Shown here one piece after another: positions 7,451 through 12,700 of a stretch of DNA of 12,700 nucleotides. Position 1 is the stretch's first letter. The number at the start of each line of letters is the position of its first letter. Below the pieces are notes generated by a model. It was not told the origin of the DNA, did not search any database, and saw only the letters and a program-made list of their open reading frames with translations. The position numbers and the translations under genes are program-made. The stretch lies in NCBI GenBank assembly GCA_043228905.1, contig JBHGNT010001040.1, forward strand, positions 1 through 12,700, written 5' to 3'. This stretch comes from Azolla caroliniana. Lineage: Eukaryota; Plantae; Polypodiophyta.

Positions 7451-9745
7451 TCATATACCCTTACCTCGAGAGTGTTCGACCAGTTCGATTGTGCCAATGC
7501 TGGTTCGGATCGGTCAATCGGCAAGTTACTCGAAATTTTCTTTGCGAGTGCTCTTTTGGATTGTCTGGTCAACTCGCTAGCCGCTTTGGGTACAGCATTC
7601 GACATTTTGGTCCCCGAATCGGCCGGAGAGAGGTCGAAATTCACCCTCTTGCCGATTCGAACCGAGTTGGTTGAGTCTTCATTGAAAACTACATCACTGC
7701 TCCTGATAAGCTTTTTTTGCTCAGGGTCCCATAGCTGAGATCCGAATTGCCCATCTGTCCCATAACCAAGAAAGATGCATTTTCTTGAATGGGGAACAAG
7801 TTTCGTTTGGTTCTCCCTTGGTATGTATGCATAAGCTTCACACCTGAATATGTGTTCCCGACCATAGTGCTTGTGGCACTTGAAGCTTAATTGCTTTCGA
7901 TGGCGACAGATTGATAAGATATATTGCCGTTTGCAAAACTTTTGCCCGAAATTCCAGCTTTAGTCCAATGTGCTAGAGCATTGTTGTCACCTGTGCTTGG
8001 ATCGTCTGATTCATTCGTTCGGTTGCACCATTCTGCATTGAGGGTGTAGGGAACGATCTGTTGATTTCTGTTCCCTTTTTTGGACAGGTACTTTGTAAAG
8101 GCCCTTGAGGTGTAATCTCCTCCGTTGTCTGACCATAGCGACTTCACTTTGTGACCGGATCGGTTTCAACTTCGGTCAGCCACCGAGCGAAAACTTTGAG
8201 TGCTTCATCCTTGGACTTAATCGCATAAACCCATACCTTGCAAGTACAATCATCCACAAACGTGATGAAGTATCACACGCCTCCTAGAGATCTTTCGAGC
8301 ATTGGCCCACAAATGTCAGTGTGGATCAGCTCTAGGGGCTGTTGTAACGTTTCATAATGAACTGAGTGAGGACTTCGGATATGTTTCCTGTATTGGCAAT
8401 GCTTGCAGAAGTTTGACTCAGCATGGTTGAGCTTCGGGATGTAGTCGATTGCCGAAAGTCGTTCAAGCTTAGCTTGTGACATATGGCCGAGTCGGCTATG
8501 CCACAAGGAAGATGTCGGCAATTCGGTTACGTTTAGTGATCCCTCTCTACTGATCACTGTGCGTGGATATAGGTTGTATCTTATGCCATGATCGATATGT
8601 AGATTTCCTTTTGCGACCTACCATGACGATTCACTTAGTGTCGACTTGTACCCGTCTTTGGCTAGCATGCCGATGGAGATGAGACTCCTCTTTAGATCGG
8701 GTACGTGACAGACTTGGTGTAGGGTGATTAGATTTCCATTCGGTAGTCAAATGGGAATTTCGTCTATTTCGGTGATTCGGCACTCCTGCCCATTTCCAAG
8801 TTAGACTGAGCCGGCTCTGGCTGAATAGTTCGAAAACCATTCTCTATGGGGGGTCACGTGGAATCGCGCCCAAATCAAGCAACCACGTTTGTGCATCATG
8901 TGCACTGAACAGGATCTCTCCGGTTGACAAGCCTTCTAGTGAGAGGACTTCTCCTGATTGAGATTCAACAACGTGTATTTGGTTGCCAGTTGAAGGGTGG
9001 TTCGAATTGAAGAGCCTGTATTCCGATTGAATTTACGACCATTTCCCTTCTTATTGAATGACCAACAGTCAGCAACGTTGTAGCCGGCCTTTTTACTGTG
9101 CGTACAGTAGGTGTTCAGCATTCTGCTCCTTGACGTCGACCACTATTGATCGTTTCTCCTCCTCAGCCGGTTCTCTAAGCCATTCCCTCGGAGAAGGGAG
9201 CTTCAGCATCATCATCGATGGTGAGTCCCTTGAATTGCCTTCGAAGCTCTTTTGACAGCATTGCTCCGATCACTTTGTCCAATGTTAGCTTGGCTGAGAT
9301 ATTGGTGAATGTCGTGCAAAATACTTCCCAACTTGTTGGGAGGCTTGAAAGAAGTGCAAGGGCTTTAATTTCTTCGTCAAAATTAAGGCCCTGTGAGGTG
9401 AGTTTGGTTAATACCTGAGTAAAGGTGTTGATATGGGAGGTTGCTGGTTCGGTCTCCCTCATCGTCATATACGGAATGGAGCTTCTCCCGTAGGGCGTAC
9501 ACAATTGTCTCCATGTTCCTACTGAAGTAGACGTTCTCGGCCAAGCGCATTCAGATGGCCGATCGCACTATTTCGTCGAGTGATTGCCATTCATCTTCTG
9601 TCATCGTTGTTGGCTTATTGTTATGTCAAATCGCCTCTATTTGACGTCGAATTATCAACACGTCTTGCAACATTTCTTTCCATAGGGCAAAATCTTTGTT
9701 GTCGAACTTCCTAATTTCACAACCGGTGCCGGATGTTAAAGGCAT
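7451..9745 (-). pseudogene. Disrupted copia gag-protease-integrase polyprotein
   Basis: ATG at 9745 opens ...EIRKFDNKDFALWKEM. Next come gag HINTF..L..L...DEEIKALALLSSLP.SW, a decayed Zn knuckle CTHSKKAGYNVADC (~9065-9105), and protease WLLDLGA..HVTPHREWF (~8840-8890). These are followed by LWHSRLGH..CKHC, integrase core LELIHTDICGP / FVDD / SDNGGDY, and the C-terminal KCIFLGY..LWDP..SSDVVFNE (~7680-7790). There are multiple stops (e.g. TGA at 9626-9628) and frameshifts. Confidence 0.93.
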
Positions 9746-9824
9746 AGTTCTTGTGGAAGAATGTATTTGGTCTTTTCCTTTAGATACTTTTCCTTCTTGT
9801 GTTGATGCTGCTAAGTTCCAACAA

Positions 9825-9836
9825 GCTCTGATACCA
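9825..9836 (-). promoter_or_regulatory. Primer-binding site complementary to the 3' end of initiator tRNA-Met
   Basis: The - strand reads TGGTATCAGAGC, 2 nt downstream of the 5' LTR's terminal CA. This is the canonical plant iMet PBS. Confidence 0.95.
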
Positions 9837-9838
9837 CT

Positions 9839-10154
9839 TGATGGCCGAACACGTGCCTTTGATTGTGTGATTGGTCGACTTGTGTGGAATGTTAATGGGG
9901 ATGGGCAGGCATGTAGACAAGTAGAAATAGAAGATGCACTGTTTAATCTCAACAAAGATATACAAGAAAGACGGAGAAAGACAGTTACACAATTGGAGCA
10001 CAAGAATGATACTGTTACTATTCAAACCCTGCCAAACTCCTTTACAAGACTTTGTTCCCAAATTTATACTTACGGTAACTAAGCCCTAATTCCCTTGGGG
10101 AATGTTCACATTAAGAAAATACAACATGGCTAGAGTGGGACTTTTACCCCAACA
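9839..10154 (-). repeat. 5' LTR (316 bp, complete)
   Basis: On the + strand it runs TGATGGCCG...CCCCAACA. It lies 2 nt from the PBS and abuts the right TSD. Confidence 0.92.
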
Positions 10155-11365
10155 AATAGGAACAGCACTTGCGACGAAGTTGAATAATGCTCATCAAAGA
10201 GATGCTATAGGGCTTTGCCATAATCGCAACAAGATATAAGTGGAGATGGGAGAATATTGATAAACATATCAAAGTTTTATAATAGCTATTCTCATAAATA
10301 ATTAGTTAGTATATGCATACTTGTGCCTTTTGATTGAGGCATTCAAAAGTTTCATGATCTATTGATTATATGTTAATTCTTCATATGTTTATGATATTCA
10401 CATACATAGCATCATCCTTATGGCATATATTTCACACTTGGTAGCCATGCTAGTAATAATTCTCTCCATTCCATCCATTCTAGAAACAAATTGTCTCCAT
10501 TCTTGGCATGTTTATTTATATTCTCCATTTTCTCTTGGCATTGTGCCTCGTCGGAATACATCAAAGTTTATGCATCCATTTACTCTCTGAACGTCAAACA
10601 AATATATGACAATATTTGTTTTATGCTTTTTTGAACAAGTATGTTTTTTTTAAAACTATTTTTGCCATGGTCTATTATTCTATGTTCTTGTGGCTAGTGC
10701 TTAAGTCTCCTTATCTTCTTGGGTTGCAAATTGCCAACCATATTTAGTACATGAAAGAGAAATCAAAGTTTTGATAAGTTTCAAGTAAATTTCTAGATCA
10801 CTATTCAACGCCATTATTATGTTGCAAACAAATAGGTCAAATGTCAATATTTGGTTGTGGCAAACATTATAAGAATGGACAAACCAATCATTGTAAAAAA
10901 TATGACTTAATAATGCATGATAGAAGATTTGCACACAAAAATGATTTGCAAGTATTCTTATGCATCGTATGTGATAATATATTTTAGTGTGCACTTGTAT
11001 GTATATATGGGATATTTAATTTACATATAATGTATCCTACATTAGCTCACATAATTTTCATCTACTTTTTAAATGTGTATAACCTATGATGCTCCCCAAA
11101 TGGTGGTGAATAGTGAATCAGTAGAGAGATTGGAAAGAGGTAGAAAAGGAGAACAAATGAAAGAGTGATTGAGCGCTCATTAACAAGTGATTCTTGGTGA
11201 AAGATATTTTTAATGTACATGGGGCCTAGACAATGGCAAGGATCAAACTTGTGTGAATGGTGAGAGAGAGGGAGGAAGTGGGAGTGGGAGATTTTGTTTA
11301 TATGTCCATAGGAGACTGATTGTGATCTATGGGATGGGACTTTGCTCATTATGAGGATTGGATTG

Positions 11366-11541
11366 AGGTTCTCTAAAATTTATGACTTCAATACTATTAA
11401 GTAAACCACCCACACCCACACCCACTCACCCACAGTGGAAGGATTTTATTATTGAACTAAGGCTCTCTCAAATTTATGACTTTGATGATATTATGTAAAC
11501 CACCCCCACACACTCGCACATGAAGAAAGGATTTTATTATT
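11366..11541. repeat. Diverged ~94-bp tandem duplication (~2 copies)
   Basis: AATTTATGACTT...TATTA.GTAAACCACCC...AAGGATTTTATTATT occurs twice, with anchors at 11377 and 11471. Confidence 0.85.
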
Positions 11542-11875
11542 CACTTTGGAGGTCAAATATAACCTATACATCCGAAAGTGAAACATTGTCATGCAGTGTG
11601 GATTTTATTAAACCTTAAGTATTCAAGAATGTATCTAAAGAATGCTTCAATAAAAAATGTAGATTGTAGTTGTAAGAGTAAGAGTAATGAGTGTTAGGTT
11701 CTATGGTCAAAGTTGGATTATTTTATTAATATGTGAGAAGAAGGCCAACATTTCTTTCAAATAAACCATGTATAATGAGTGCTAGAGATGGTCCTCAAAG
11801 GGCCACAAAATTATGAACTATGGGATTCAAAAAGTACTCTACAATAAAGTAGCGACCACTTATGCAGGCAATATA

Positions 11876-12006
11876 ACCACATGTGGGTCATGTATTTTCT
11901 TAGGATCAGTTCTATTATGAACTAGATAGCACACATACATCACCACATGTGGGTCCTGTATTTTCGTAGGATCACTTCTATTATGAACTAGATAACACAC
12001 ATACAT
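11876..12006. repeat. 66-bp tandem duplication (2 copies, 4 mismatches)
   Basis: ACCACATGTGGGTC.TGTATTTTC.TAGGATCA.TTCTATTATGAACTAGATA.CACACATACAT starts at 11876 and 11942. Confidence 0.95.
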
Positions 12007-12700
12007 TTGTGTCCAACTTGTAGAAGATGTGGTTGAGTATCCTTTGAGAGATAGATCGATATCTTTTTAACATCCACAAGAATTTGGTTGCGATCTAAGG
12101 GGATAAGGCCTAGCGTATGGCAAGGATGAAACTTGGATTCTTTCACTTTAATAACTATCATATTACATCATGCATTTGTTTTCTTATGCTTTAATTCACC
12201 ACATATATTTAATTTTCACTAGACACTTGCATTGTATATTTTATCCCCCAAGAAGAAGAAGATAGTAGAATATGCTAGAAATACCTTATAGTAGCATATT
12301 TTAAATTGTCAACACAACTAAAAGAAAAGGAAAGAAACTTAAATAATCTAGTTCCTATTACATTATAATGTTAACATGCCTGTAGCACAATCAAGGATTA
12401 CTCAAGTGGCTAGGGAGACAACCTAAAATGACAATTCTTTGTACCTACTATACTATTAAGATTGCGTACAACTACTTAAGAAGTCAATGTTTAAGAATTT
12501 AGCATCAATGTGCTATAAAAAGGGGGATTAATTCATATATGTAACGAAGTGAAGAGAGAGAGAGAGAATGAATCATATCGCCAAGTTGACGATGATGATG
12601 ATCTTACTACTCTTTAGTAGTAGTTTGATCGAGCTCACTCTTGTAGTGGCCAAATGTGGTCCCTATAGGTCCTTTTCCTTTTCCTTGTTCATTTTCAGTT

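Larger units (their letters stand above)
7207..10154 (-). mobile_element. Ty1/copia LTR retrotransposon (Tnt1-like by motif resemblance), internally deleted, 2948 bp
   Basis: TG...CA termini; 5-bp TSD AATAG (7202-7206 and 10155-10159); two homologous LTR copies; tRNA-iMet PBS; domains in gag-PR-INT order on the - strand; no RT or RNase H. Confidence 0.95.

Noticed and set aside
7144-10082. Paralogous short ORFs (MCSNCV... at 7144-7395 and 9626-10003, and their antisense ORFs) as a gene family
   Set aside because: Their similarity is simply the two LTR copies.
7207-10154. Novel non-autonomous RT-less retrotransposon family
   Set aside because: The PPT and part of the 3' U3 are missing while the 5' LTR is whole, which fits a post-insertion deletion.
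10701-11349. Minus-strand ORFs of 97 and 95 aa
   Set aside because: They have no recognisable motifs, and their composition is typical of chance ORFs in AT-rich DNA.

Overview
This is eukaryotic, AT-rich DNA, most likely from a land plant. The + strand carries the 3' part of an intron-containing gene for an hnRNP F/H / ESRP-like RNA-binding protein with at least three quasi-RRMs (8 well-supported exons, 3297-5796, plus a possible 2-codon last exon at 6156). Its 5' exons are not in the window. Upstream (1-~2675) is a decayed + strand Ty1/copia integrase region with two nested insertions: a ~394-bp probable solo LTR carrying a tRNA-derived segment (291-684) and a 445-bp hAT-type MITE with an 8-bp TSD (936-1380). 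This remnant ends in a ~4x tandem amplification of a ~256-bp unit. Downstream is a - strand Ty1/copia element (7207-10154) with TSD AATAG and an iMet PBS. It has lost RT, RNase H, the PPT and part of its 3' LTR. The rest is non-coding DNA with several short tandem duplications. I see no firm evidence of a wholly new system. The best leads are the tRNA-bearing LTR, an AAG/TAG tandem splice acceptor that would insert a stop codon into the RNA-binding gene, and the copia-derived nascent satellite. All alignments were done by eye.
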